Shown here in pieces: positions 9,097 through 18,555 of a DNA stretch of 64,000 nucleotides (position 1 is its first letter; every line of letters begins with the position of its first letter). The DNA lies in NCBI GenBank assembly GCA_003518055.1, contig DOZJ01000002.1, positions 299,785-363,784 of the forward strand, given 5' to 3'. The translations under genes and the position numbers were made by a program. The notes under the pieces are model-generated. The model was not told the origin of the DNA, searched no databases, and worked only from the letters and a program-made list of their open reading frames with translations. This stretch comes from Candidatus Falkowbacteria bacterium (GTDB lineage: Bacteria > Patescibacteriota > Patescibacteriia > UBA11705).

Positions 9097-10092
9097 ATGG
9101 CTGGAAAAAAAGTGTTTGTTACTCGTCAAATTCCGGACGCCGGGCTTAAATTGTTAAAACACGCCGGATACAGCGTTAAAATCAGTCAAACTGGCCGCGC
9201 GATCAAGCACTCTGATTTAATTGGTGAATTAAAAACCGGTTATGATGCCTTGCTTTGTTTATTAACCGATAAAATCGACGGCGCGGTAATGGATGCCGGT
9301 TTGCCTCGGCTCAAAGTGATCGCCAATTACGCGGTCGGATTTGATAATGTCGATCTTAACGCCGCCAAAGACCGCCGACTCATCATCACCAACACTCCGT
9401 CTGATGTCGTCAATGAATCCGTGGCTGAGCATGTCTTGTCTTTGATTTTTTCTCTTGCGCATCGGGTCGTCGAGGCAGACAATTTTACCCGCGCCGGCAA
9501 ATACAAAGGTTGGCAGCCCGATTTATTCATCGGCCAAAATTTGATGGGAAAGACACTCGGCATTATCGGTCTTGGCCGGATCGGCAAAGCCACGGTTAGG
9601 CGCGCCGTCGGGATGGATATGAAAGTGGTTTATCATGATGTCGTCAGAGACAAACAGTTCGAACAACAATATCGAGCCAAGTTTTTGTCTCAACGAGAGC
9701 TTTTGAAAACCGCGGATTTTGTCTCGCTGAATGTGCCGCTTGTGCCGGCAACCCGTCATTTGCTGTCAACCGCCCAATTCAAACTGATGAAAAAAACCGC
9801 CTTTGTCATCAATACTTCGCGCGGACCGGTTGTTGATGAGATGGCTTTGCTCAAAGCGCTAACCAAGCATGAAATCGCCGGCGCCGGTCTTGATGTGTTT
9901 GAGTGTGAACCGTTGATCGATTGTAATCCGCGCGATCATTATGAATTGCGAATGATGAATAATGTGATCATGACGCCGCACACCGCTTCGGCCACGGTTG
10001 AAGCGCGCGCTGATATGGCGGTGGTCGCGGCCAAAAACATTATTGCCGCTTTATCCGGCAAGCGTCCGCCTAATCAGGTGGTATTTAAATAA
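9097..10092 (+). CDS. D-isomer-specific 2-hydroxyacid dehydrogenase (glyoxylate/hydroxypyruvate reductase-like)
   Basis: NAD-binding GIIGLGRIGKA, catalytic-domain layout, 331 aa. Confidence 0.8.
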   Translation: MAGKKVFVTRQIPDAGLKLLKHAGYSVKISQTGRAIKHSDLIGELKTGYDALLCLLTDKIDGAVMDAGLPRLKVIANYAVGFDNVDLNAAKDRRLIITNTPSDVVNESVAEHVLSLIFSLAHRVVEADNFTRAGKYKGWQPDLFIGQNLMGKTLGIIGLGRIGKATVRRAVGMDMKVVYHDVVRDKQFEQQYRAKFLSQRELLKTADFVSLNVPLVPATRHLLSTAQFKLMKKTAFVINTSRGPVVDEMALLKALTKHEIAGAGLDVFECEPLIDCNPRDHYELRMMNNVIMTPHTASATVEARADMAVVAAKNIIAALSGKRPPNQVVFK

Positions 10093-10110
10093 TCTTTTCT
10101 GTTCTGATAA

Positions 10111-10152
10111 ATGTGTCACGCCGAAATTATTGAAGGCATGACACATTTTTTT
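10111..10152 (+). terminator. Rho-independent terminator (ATGTGTCA...TGACACAT + T6)
   Basis: 8-bp stem and T-run directly after the dehydrogenase gene. Confidence 0.7.
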
Positions 10153-10222
10153 AAAAAAATGTTCACAATTGGTTGGGCGAAAGAATCTGTTTGTGGTATA
10201 ATTTATTTGAAATTAATTATCT

Positions 10223-10594
10223 ATGGCCGAACAAACTCTTTCAACCAAGGCGATCAAATTCGTGGCCAAGGATTTGGTGCTGGATTTTTTGTCTTGGCCG
10301 TTTTGGTGGTATTCGCGCGGCGCAGTGCTCGCCGGACGTCGTTTTGTTGATACCATCGCCGAGGGCAGCCGCTCTTTGGCTTTGACCGTATGGATCAAAA
10401 ATGTTTTTGTTCCTATGTACGGCGATTATACCTGGCAGGGGAGATTGATTAGTATTTTAATGCGTCTGGTTCAAATAGTGATCCGCAGTATAATTTTTTG
10501 CGGCTGGATTATTTTTGCACTAGTGGTTTTTATCTTGTGGTTTGTTTTGCCGGTATTTGTGGTCTTTCAGCTTATATTTAATCTGGTTTATTGA
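10223..10594 (+). CDS. Membrane protein, hypothetical (123 aa)
   Basis: Extended -10 TGGTATAAT upstream; multiple TM segments; stop overlaps the next gene. Confidence 0.5.
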   Translation: MAEQTLSTKAIKFVAKDLVLDFLSWPFWWYSRGAVLAGRRFVDTIAEGSRSLALTVWIKNVFVPMYGDYTWQGRLISILMRLVQIVIRSIIFCGWIIFALVVFILWFVLPVFVVFQLIFNLVY

Positions 10595-10599
10595 CGATT

Positions 10600-13371
10600 A
10601 TGGCTGATCCAAAGTCAAATTCCCACGATTATCACTTTATGGTTTGCGCTTCGTGCCAGGGCACGGGCGGACTCGATGGCAAGGTTTGTTCCGATTGCCG
10701 GGGCTTAGCCGTTGTAATGCCGTTTTACGGCCGGTTTTTGTATTGGGGCAAAACAGTAAATTCACTGCACATTTTTGTCGATCGAGTAATTGAAATTCTA
10801 AATAAAATCATTAATCTGATTCTGATTCTCATCGGAACGTTCGGTTTTTTTCTTCTGTTTTATTTTGACTGGGCGACCGGTTTTGACCGGCTGTTTACTT
10901 TGGCCTATTGGCTGACACCGTCGTTTGAAAAAACCATCTTTTGGTTCACGATTCTGGCGGATTTGTATCTATATTATCGATTGATTCAGGGCAGCGAGCC
11001 CAAGAATCAAGTGCTGCAAAAAATTTTTGTGACCGAACAACGGCCGCCGGATTTTATTGATTGGGCTTATATTCATCGCCAGCCGGAAAGATTAAAGATC
11101 GATGTCTCTCGCTCATTTTCAGTCTCAGCGATCAGTTTGGTTGAGCAGTCATGGCAGGTGGCCAAAAATTTTGAACACGCAAGCGTTGGGAGGCTCCATC
11201 TTTTTGCTTCAGTCCCGGCGTTTAACGATGGCGCCGTTATTTGGGGCCGGCTCGGCATTAACGCAGAAAAATTCAAAGAAAAGTTAGCGCGGGCTTTGGA
11301 TTGGCAGGTTGAAGGCCGGGCGCGCCAAACATATTTATCAGCCTTGCTGCACAAGGTTTTATTGGTCAGCTATCTCGAAGCCTACACCGAAAGGCGGCGC
11401 AAAGTGGATATTCCCGAAGTGATTGCCGCCTTGATCAACCTCGATACTTTGACCAAAAACGAACAGCTTGAAGATTTAATCGGGAAGATTCTAATTGACC
11501 TTGATTTGAATTATCAAAAAATGGCCAATGTCGTCACCTGGGTTCGTTTGCAGCGACAGCTCCGTGAGCGGCTCAGTCGGTTTCGTCATAGCGCCCAATA
11601 CAAACCTCGGTCAGGTTTGGATCGAGCCATGACCGGTGTGGCCACGCCTTTTCTTGATCAATTCAGCACTGATTTGACCAAACAGTCGATGCTTGGGCAG
11701 CTTTTTCCCTGTATCGGCCGCGACAAAGAATTTGATCAACTGTATCGTGTGTTGGAGGGCAGCCGCGACGGTGTGCTGCTGGTTGGTAATGTCGGTGTCG
11801 GCCGATCCACTATTTTGTATGGCTTGGCTGAGCGCATGGTGGAAGAAACCGTACCGGCCGCGCTCCAAGATAAACGGCTAGTGAGTATCAATGTGTCTCG
11901 CTTGATTGGCGGCGTGAGCGCTGAGGAGGCTGAAGGCCGGCTACTGACGTTGGCTGATGAAGTGATCAAATCGCGCAATATTGTTCTCGTCATCGAAGAC
12001 CTTCATAACATTGTTGGTGTTTCCGGGTCCGGATCGGGGCTGGATTTATCCGAGGTTTTGGCTGAGCTGATGCGCAAGCGGTTGTTTATGATTATCGGTA
12101 CGACCACTCCGAGTGATTATTCTGGCACGATTGAAAAAAGTTCATTGTTTGAAGTGTTTAAGTCGGTAAAAATCAATGAACTGGAAATCAATGACGCCAT
12201 TCAGGTCTGCGAGGCCAAAAGCGGGCCGATTGAATACAAAAATAATGTTTATTTTTCTTACGATAGTATTGAAAAATCGGTTATTCTAACCGACAAATAT
12301 TCCCACGACAAATATCTGCCGGAAAAAGCCTTGGAAGTGCTGGAAGAGGTCGCCGTCAATGTCCGCAAGAATAAAGGAGAAAAAAATGTGGTGACGGCCG
12401 AGGATGTGGCGGTCGTGGTGGCGGAAAAAACCGGCGTCAAGGTTACCGGGGTGACTCAGGATGAAAGTAAAAAATTGCTCAACCTCGAACAGGATATCCA
12501 TCGACGCGTCATCGGTCAGGACGAAGCGGTCAAGGTGATTGCAGCCAGTTTGCGGCGTGCTCGAGCTGAACTGCGTGATGAAAAACGGCCGATTTCCAGT
12601 TTTCTTTTTCTTGGCCCGACCGGCGTCGGTAAGACTGAATTAGCCAAGGCGGTGTCCGAGGTTTACTTTGGCTCAGAGGAGCAAATGCTTCGTTTTGATA
12701 TGAGTGAATTTCAAGAGCAAAGCAGTATCGCGCGTTTGATTGGCAACGGCACTGAGCCGGGTGTCTTGACCGAAGCGGTCCGTAAAACTCCTTATGCCTT
12801 GCTTCTCTGCGATGAGATTGAAAAAGCCCATCCGGATATATTGAATTTATTTTTACAAGTGATGGATGACGGCCGGCTGACCGACGGCAGCGGCGAAACA
12901 ATTGATTTCACCAATTTGATTATCATTATGACGAGTAATGCCGGCGCTCAGCTGATCCAAGACAAAATTCACGACGGATTGGTGATTGAAGATATCAAAG
13001 AATTATTGATCAACGAAGAACTCAAAAAATATTACCGGCCTGAATTTATCAACCGGTTTGACGGCGTAATCGTCTTCCGGCCGCTGACCATGGAAAACGT
13101 GATCCAAATCGCACGGCTGATGGCGGCCAAGATTATCAAACGGCTGGCGGAAAAAGAAATCATCCTCGAAATCTCCGACGCGGCCGTGGCTGAATTGGCT
13201 GAGCAGGGATTTGATCCCCGCTTTGGCGCCCGACCTTTGCGGCGGGTGATGCAGGAAAAAGTTGACGATACGCTGGCCAACTATCTACTTGAAGGCAAGG
13301 TCTCGCGCCGTGACAAAATCATTCTCGAACCCGGCGGACAGATCAAAGTTGAAAAAGCCGACCAAATTTAA
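10600..13371 (+). CDS. Clp/Hsp100-family AAA+ ATPase (ClpC/ClpB-like) with an N-terminal DnaJ-type CxxCxGxG zinc finger and 2 TM helices; D1 Walker motifs degenerate
   Basis: CASCQGTGG...CSDCRG zinc finger, then two hydrophobic helices and Clp_N-like repeats. D1 P-loop is GNVGVGRST (Lys replaced by Arg) and the Walker B position reads LVIEDLH. D2 is canonical (GPTGVGKTELAK, LLCDEIEKAHPD, sensor MTSNAG). Confidence 0.8.
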   Translation: MADPKSNSHDYHFMVCASCQGTGGLDGKVCSDCRGLAVVMPFYGRFLYWGKTVNSLHIFVDRVIEILNKIINLILILIGTFGFFLLFYFDWATGFDRLFTLAYWLTPSFEKTIFWFTILADLYLYYRLIQGSEPKNQVLQKIFVTEQRPPDFIDWAYIHRQPERLKIDVSRSFSVSAISLVEQSWQVAKNFEHASVGRLHLFASVPAFNDGAVIWGRLGINAEKFKEKLARALDWQVEGRARQTYLSALLHKVLLVSYLEAYTERRRKVDIPEVIAALINLDTLTKNEQLEDLIGKILIDLDLNYQKMANVVTWVRLQRQLRERLSRFRHSAQYKPRSGLDRAMTGVATPFLDQFSTDLTKQSMLGQLFPCIGRDKEFDQLYRVLEGSRDGVLLVGNVGVGRSTILYGLAERMVEETVPAALQDKRLVSINVSRLIGGVSAEEAEGRLLTLADEVIKSRNIVLVIEDLHNIVGVSGSGSGLDLSEVLAELMRKRLFMIIGTTTPSDYSGTIEKSSLFEVFKSVKINELEINDAIQVCEAKSGPIEYKNNVYFSYDSIEKSVILTDKYSHDKYLPEKALEVLEEVAVNVRKNKGEKNVVTAEDVAVVVAEKTGVKVTGVTQDESKKLLNLEQDIHRRVIGQDEAVKVIAASLRRARAELRDEKRPISSFLFLGPTGVGKTELAKAVSEVYFGSEEQMLRFDMSEFQEQSSIARLIGNGTEPGVLTEAVRKTPYALLLCDEIEKAHPDILNLFLQVMDDGRLTDGSGETIDFTNLIIIMTSNAGAQLIQDKIHDGLVIEDIKELLINEELKKYYRPEFINRFDGVIVFRPLTMENVIQIARLMAAKIIKRLAEKEIILEISDAAVAELAEQGFDPRFGARPLRRVMQEKVDDTLANYLLEGKVSRRDKIILEPGGQIKVEKADQI

Positions 13372-13417
13372 GTGTAGAAAACAGATTCGGCACGTCGACG
13401 TATTATCCTAAACATCT

Positions 13418-13455
13418 CCGAAAGCGCGATTTCGAAATCGCGCTTTCGGTTTTTG
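13418..13455. terminator. Bidirectional palindromic terminator CCGAAAGCGCGATTTCGAAATCGCGCTTTCGG + T5
   Basis: Perfect palindrome between convergent genes; the same stem family recurs at 19899-19927. Confidence 0.65.
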
Positions 13456-13493
13456 ATCAAAAAACACTTTGTCATTTCAAAGTGTTAAATATC

Positions 13494-14066
13494 TTATCTC
13501 TTGCGGCCGAAGATTCCGGCCAGCAGAACATTGCGGCTGTCCTTGATCTGCCGCTCGGTCATGTTAACAAACCAGGCAAAAAGCTTGTCAACCAATCTAG
13601 CGCTTACATCTCCCACAAATCCCAGATCAAGAGCCAGCGTGATCGGCTGATTTGATGGGCCATTAAAATGTTGATATGGAGCGTTGTTTAGCCAAACTTC
13701 ATTCCCAGTGAGGAAAGATGTCATCAGCTTCAAGTTGACGGTAGTTCCCAAAAGGCTTTGGATCATCATTCGGCGAAGCTCATCGAAAAACTCCTCTGTA
13801 TTTTTGAATCCGAACAAGTGAACTCCCGGGCCTCGATGAGACACTGGAATGAACAAAAGCTGGTCATCGGCTTCGTGCAGTTCCAGAGGTGCTAGGATAT
13901 CGGTATATTCAGGGGTGACAACCACCGCAGAGACCACCGCAGATGGGTGACTTCGTAGGAAAAAAGCATAGTTATGAATTTCGGCCGTATGCTTCAGCCG
14001 CAGCTTGATTTCTCCCGAGGCCAAAAACTCATTAATATCAACGCTGACCACGAACAGATTGGCCAT
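13494..14066 (-). CDS. Hypothetical protein (190 aa)
   Basis: ATG start, no recognised motif. Confidence 0.45.
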   Translation of the reverse strand: MANLFVVSVDINEFLASGEIKLRLKHTAEIHNYAFFLRSHPSAVVSAVVVTPEYTDILAPLELHEADDQLLFIPVSHRGPGVHLFGFKNTEEFFDELRRMMIQSLLGTTVNLKLMTSFLTGNEVWLNNAPYQHFNGPSNQPITLALDLGFVGDVSARLVDKLFAWFVNMTERQIKDSRNVLLAGIFGRKR

Positions 14067-14247
14067 CGCCGCCTCCCGGCCCCATTCGACCTAGCTCGCG
14101 CTATCGAATCAAGAGCCTGTGGGGTTGTCGGTAACAATCTCACTTGAGATTGTCTTCATGCGATATCATACTATAAAGCATTCGCGGGAAAAAGTCAAGA
14201 GCAGCCTTGAAAATTATGTTATTATTACCTACAATAAGGGCAAATAT

Positions 14248-15360
14248 ATGATGACCGTAGATTATTTATTTGCTTTTATCTGCGCCTTTATTATCGGCGT
14301 GATCATCACTCCGGGTTTTATTTATCTTTCCCGCCGTTTGGGACTGGTTGATCGGCCGACAAAAGAGCGCAAGATTCATAAAAAAAATATCCCCTTGGTT
14401 GGCGGGGCCAGTTTGCTCGCGACCGGAATTATCGTTGGTCTGATTTACTATTTTTTTTCCGATGCTTTGACCGCCGTTACGGTTAAACCGAAACATCTTC
14501 TCGGCTTGGGGATTGGTTCCATGATTATTGTGGTTGGGGGGCTGATTGATGATAAAAAAGATTTGCCGGCCAAGGCGCAAATTCTCTTTCCGCTGGCTGC
14601 CATTGTTTCCGTAATCGTGAGCGGAATCGGTATCGATTGGATCAAAAATCCGCTGACCGGAGACTTGTGGCGTCTCGATGCCTATCGCTCCACCTTGCTT
14701 TGGTATGATGGCTTGCCGTATCGATTTACCCTGCTCGCCGATTTATTTACCGTGGTTTGGCTTATGGCGATGATGTACACGACCAAACTGCTCGATGGTC
14801 TTGACGGCTTGGTCTCAGGCATCGGCGTTATTGCCAGTGTTTTCACTTTTATTGTCGCCCTGATAGTCGAGCCGCATCAAACCGATATCGCGCTTTTGAG
14901 TTTAATTTTTGGCAGCGCGCTGCTGGCTTTTCTGGTTTACAATTTTAATCCGGCCAAAGCTTTTCTGGGTGAAGGCGGCAGTCTGCTGGTCGGGTTTATC
15001 CTCGGTGTCTTATCTATCATGAGCGGCAGCAAGGTGGCGGTGACGCTGATTATTGTCGCCGTTCCCATGCTCGACGTTCTCTGGACCATTATCCGCCGGT
15101 TGTTGGAGGGCAAAAATCCTTTTACGGCGGCCGACCGCAAGCACCTTCATCATCGCTTGCTGGATGCCGGATTCTCGGTCCGGTCAGCAGTGATGATTTT
15201 GTACTTGTTATCAATCATTTTTGGTCTCTTGGTTTTGTGGCTGCAGCAATTTGGCTATGGTTTACTAATTTTGGGTTTTGTGGTGTTGTTAACTTTTATC
15301 CTTCTCACCGGTTATATTTACAAGGTAATCGCGGAAAAAAGCCGGTCAAACCTTGACTAG
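14248..15360 (+). CDS. MraY/WecA-family polyprenyl-phosphate N-acetylhexosamine-1-phosphate transferase (GT4)
   Basis: LLDGLDGLVSGIG motif and FLGEGGSLLVGFILG (FMGDTGS-like); about 10 TM helices. Start trimmed to ATG 14248 (MMTVDYLF). Confidence 0.75.
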   Translation: MMTVDYLFAFICAFIIGVIITPGFIYLSRRLGLVDRPTKERKIHKKNIPLVGGASLLATGIIVGLIYYFFSDALTAVTVKPKHLLGLGIGSMIIVVGGLIDDKKDLPAKAQILFPLAAIVSVIVSGIGIDWIKNPLTGDLWRLDAYRSTLLWYDGLPYRFTLLADLFTVVWLMAMMYTTKLLDGLDGLVSGIGVIASVFTFIVALIVEPHQTDIALLSLIFGSALLAFLVYNFNPAKAFLGEGGSLLVGFILGVLSIMSGSKVAVTLIIVAVPMLDVLWTIIRRLLEGKNPFTAADRKHLHHRLLDAGFSVRSAVMILYLLSIIFGLLVLWLQQFGYGLLILGFVVLLTFILLTGYIYKVIAEKSRSNLD

Positions 15361-15461
15361 TTCAAATTAATGATGTATTCTAATTGAGAATACTGAAGAA
15401 TTGTCCTATTTATTATAATTATATCCTAATTTCTAAGTCCTGAATCCTAAACAATGATATT

Positions 15462-15505
15462 TAGGGTTTAGCGTGAAGCGTTTAGCGTTTAGTTGAACTA
15501 GACAC
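15462..15505 (+). repeat. Heptamer tandem repeat TTTAGGG/TTTAGCG; inverted copy at 31890-31935
   Basis: atttagggtttagcgtgaagcgtttagcgtttagtt; its reverse complement occurs upstream of another plus-strand gene. Confidence 0.55.
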
Positions 15506-15560
15506 CCTTTACGTTGCAGCTTATTTAGAATTTTTAATTTTTAATTTAAAATTTAACGCT

Positions 15561-15983
15561 ATGTCATTTGCAGTCATTCGAACCGGTGGAAAACAATATA
15601 AAGTGTCTGAAGGCACGCAGCTCAAAATCGAAAAAATCGCCGGTGAAGCCGGGGAAAAAGTAATTTTTGATCAAGTCCTGTTGATTTCCGATGACAAGGG
15701 TGAGAGTATGGAGCTTGGCCAACCGGTCTTGACCGGCAAAACCGTGGAGGCGGATATTCTTCTCCAAGCCCGAGACCGCAAGATCAACGTGGTCAAGTAC
15801 AAATCCAAAACCCGTTATCACAAAGTCTATGGCCACCGCCAGCACTTTACCAAAGTCAAGATCACCAAAATCGGCGGAGCAGTCAAAAAAGAAACCGTCA
15901 AAGCTGACGACCAGAAAGCTGAAATCAAGAAAGCTCCGGTCAAAAAAGCCCCGGCCGTCAAAAAAGCTTCAGTAAAAAAATAA
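15561..15983 (+). CDS. rplU: Ribosomal protein bL21 with a Lys/Ala-rich C-terminal extension
   Basis: MSFAVIRTGGKQYKVSEG... is a typical L21 N-terminus; the KKAPVKKAPAVKK tail is an extension. Confidence 0.9.
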   Translation: MSFAVIRTGGKQYKVSEGTQLKIEKIAGEAGEKVIFDQVLLISDDKGESMELGQPVLTGKTVEADILLQARDRKINVVKYKSKTRYHKVYGHRQHFTKVKITKIGGAVKKETVKADDQKAEIKKAPVKKAPAVKKASVKK

Positions 15984-16026
15984 GATAATAAAAAAATCAG
16001 CCACTCGGCTGGTTTTTTTATTCGTT

Positions 16027-16632
16027 CTAATTAACTTCTCGTCTATTGCTCAGCGCGTTTGCCAGCGTCACTTCATCAGCGTATTCGATGTCTGAGCCCA
16101 TGGGCAAACCGCGAGCCAGCCGGGTGATTTTTATTCCCGGTATTGGCTGCAAAAATTTATTGAGATACATGATGGTCGCTTCACCCTGCATATCGGGATT
16201 CAAAGCCAGGATAACTTCAGTCACTTTATTTTTTTTGATCCGGTCAATCAGATTTTGCAGATTTAATTTGTCAGGGGTAATGCCTTCAAGCGGGTTGAGT
16301 ACCCCGCCAAGAATATGATACAAACCGCGGAAAGTATCGGTTTCTTCAATTACATTCAGATCGTGATGTTCTTCTACCAAACATAAAATTGTCTTATCCC
16401 GTTTTGGATCATCGCAGATTGAGCACAGAGTTTGAGCGAAACTGAAATTATGACATTCTTGACACTTGTTTACCGCGCTCAACTGTTCAAAATGACCGGA
16501 GAATTTGTGAATATAGGCGGCATTTTGTTTTAATACAAAAAAAACCAGACGTTCGGCGGTTTTTCGGCCAATGCCGGGCAGAGTATTGAAATCATCAATG
16601 AGATTTTGGATTTGTTCGGGAAACCGGGCCAT
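16027..16632 (-). CDS. recR: Recombination protein RecR
   Basis: C4 zinc finger CQECHNFS...CSIC, Toprim region, 201 aa. Confidence 0.9.
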   Translation of the reverse strand: MARFPEQIQNLIDDFNTLPGIGRKTAERLVFFVLKQNAAYIHKFSGHFEQLSAVNKCQECHNFSFAQTLCSICDDPKRDKTILCLVEEHHDLNVIEETDTFRGLYHILGGVLNPLEGITPDKLNLQNLIDRIKKNKVTEVILALNPDMQGEATIMYLNKFLQPIPGIKITRLARGLPMGSDIEYADEVTLANALSNRREVN

Positions 16633-16639
16633 ATTTATT

Positions 16640-16726
16640 GTGTTATGCTGGGTCTCTCGCTTGCCCGACGACTTGTCTGTCGGAGTTTTAACGAAGGCAG
16701 AAGTTCAAACGAAGTTAGGTCGGCTG
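16640..16726 (+). repeat. Dispersed about 75-nt intergenic structured element, copy A
   Basis: GTGTTATGCTGGGTCTCTCGCTTGCCCGACGACTTGTCTGTCGGAGTTTTAACGAAGGCAGAAGTTCAAACGAAGTTAGGTCGG is about 80% identical to 32195-32280, with compensatory changes in predicted stems. Confidence 0.6.
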
Positions 16727-16775
16727 CAATTGATTTCGATGTTTTTGTAATATCCGTAACATTAGTATATTAGTA

Positions 16776-17069
16776 TTACCCCAACCCCGGCAAATTAAAG
16801 TTACCCGATTTCTGCATGGCCATAGCCGCTTCGCGCTGGACTTTTTTCATCGCGCTGTTGGTCGCGTCCTTGATTGCGTCCTGCAGTTTTTCTCGGTCGG
16901 TCATAATTTCAGGGTCAATCTCGATTGAAATCATTTCTTGATTGCCATTGACTTTGACCTTGACCTTGCCCCAGGCGGCGTCGGCATCAGCAATAATTTC
17001 GCTCAGCATACTTTGAAGCTGCTTGGCTTGGTGGCGCAGGTCTTTGATGTTTTTGAGTTTGTTGAACAT
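16776..17069 (-). CDS. ybaB: Nucleoid-associated protein YbaB/EbfC
   Basis: 97 aa, characteristic YbaB sequence, usual recR neighbourhood. Confidence 0.85.
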   Translation of the reverse strand: MFNKLKNIKDLRHQAKQLQSMLSEIIADADAAWGKVKVKVNGNQEMISIEIDPEIMTDREKLQDAIKDATNSAMKKVQREAAMAMQKSGNFNLPGLG

Positions 17070-17178
17070 AAGGTTTATTTAGCTTAAAAAATAAATTAAA
17101 AGTTGTGGGGTAAATGCAAATGATAAGTGATTCTCGAATAAATCAAACGGTTCTGGTGGTTAACTTCGGCGAGAGCTG

Positions 17179-18555
17179 TCATCCGTTATACCCATGCTGC
17201 TGCCGGTCCATATCTTTGAACGAAGCCTGAGCCCCGTCAAAATAAAGTTTGATCAACCCGGTCGGACCATTACGATGTTTGGCGATGTGAATCTCAGCCG
17301 TGCTTTTGTCTTCCGGCGTTAGCTCCTCGGGCGAGTAGTTGCGGTCAGCGGATTTACGATAGATAAACATCACAATATCCGCGTCCTGCTCGATAGATCC
17401 GGATTCACGGAGGTGGGAGAGTTTGGGGATTGCCGGCTTGTTCATTTCCACCGCGCGGGATAGCTGAGACAGCGCCAAGACCGGAATATCCAATTCACGC
17501 GCGATTTGTTTCAACGCCCGAGAGATTTCTGATACCGCCTGCAGTCGATTTTCTGCTCCGACCCGTGATTCCATCAGCTGTAGATAATCAATCACAATCA
17601 GACCGAGATTATGCTCCATTTTTAGCCGTCTCGCTTTGGTTCTGACATCGATGATGCTGATGCCGGCGGAGTCGTCAATATAAATGGGCGCTTCAGACAA
17701 AACTCCCATCGCGTGACCCAGCCGCGGGAAGTCACTGTCATCTTCGCCCGAAGATAGTTTGCCGGTGCGGATTTTCCACAGGTCGACGCCAGATTCGGCG
17801 CACAGCATGCGGTCAACCAATTGTTCTTTGCTCATTTCCAAACTGAAATACCCGACAGGGACCTTGCTTTTGACCGCCACCTGTCTCGCGATGTCGAGCG
17901 CCAGTGACGTTTTACCGACCGATGGGCGCGCCGCCAAGATTATCAAGTCGGATTTTTGTAATCCGGCTAGGTGATTATCGAGATCAGAAAAGCAGGTGGG
18001 CACGCCGCGCAGCTTGCCGGAATTTTTATGCAGCTCGTCAATTCGTTCAAACGCCGAAGCCAAGACAGATTTGATCGGCATGAATCCTTGTTTTTGATTC
18101 TTTTGCGACACATCAAAGAGCTGGTGTTCGGCTTGATCGATAATGACATCAATATCTTCGTCTTCTTTATAGCCCAAATTGGTGATTTCGTGAGCGGCGG
18201 AAATCAATTTTCTCAACGTGGCTTTTTTAACCACGATTTGCGAGTAGTGGACCACATTGCTGGCGGTGGCCACGCCGTTGGTCAAGTTGACAAGGTAGGT
18301 CCGGCCGCCGATTTGGTCCAGTAATTTTTTTTCTTCCAGTTTGTTGGTTAGAGTCAAGAGATCAATCGGCTCATGTTCGGTATACAATTCCAGCATGTTG
18401 TCATAGATGGTTCTATGACTGGACTTATAAAAGTCTTCCGCTTTCAAGATGTCTGCCATTTTGTAAAAACTTTCATTGTCAATCAAAATCGAGCCGAGCA
18501 CGTACTGCTCAGCTTCAATGTTCTGCGGCGGCAATTTGGTAATGTTGTCAGCCAT
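17179..18555 (-). CDS. dnaB: Replicative DNA helicase DnaB
   Basis: Walker A GARPSVGKTS; H2-H4 motifs; 458 aa. Confidence 0.95.
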   Translation of the reverse strand: MADNITKLPPQNIEAEQYVLGSILIDNESFYKMADILKAEDFYKSSHRTIYDNMLELYTEHEPIDLLTLTNKLEEKKLLDQIGGRTYLVNLTNGVATASNVVHYSQIVVKKATLRKLISAAHEITNLGYKEDEDIDVIIDQAEHQLFDVSQKNQKQGFMPIKSVLASAFERIDELHKNSGKLRGVPTCFSDLDNHLAGLQKSDLIILAARPSVGKTSLALDIARQVAVKSKVPVGYFSLEMSKEQLVDRMLCAESGVDLWKIRTGKLSSGEDDSDFPRLGHAMGVLSEAPIYIDDSAGISIIDVRTKARRLKMEHNLGLIVIDYLQLMESRVGAENRLQAVSEISRALKQIARELDIPVLALSQLSRAVEMNKPAIPKLSHLRESGSIEQDADIVMFIYRKSADRNYSPEELTPEDKSTAEIHIAKHRNGPTGLIKLYFDGAQASFKDMDRQQHGYNG

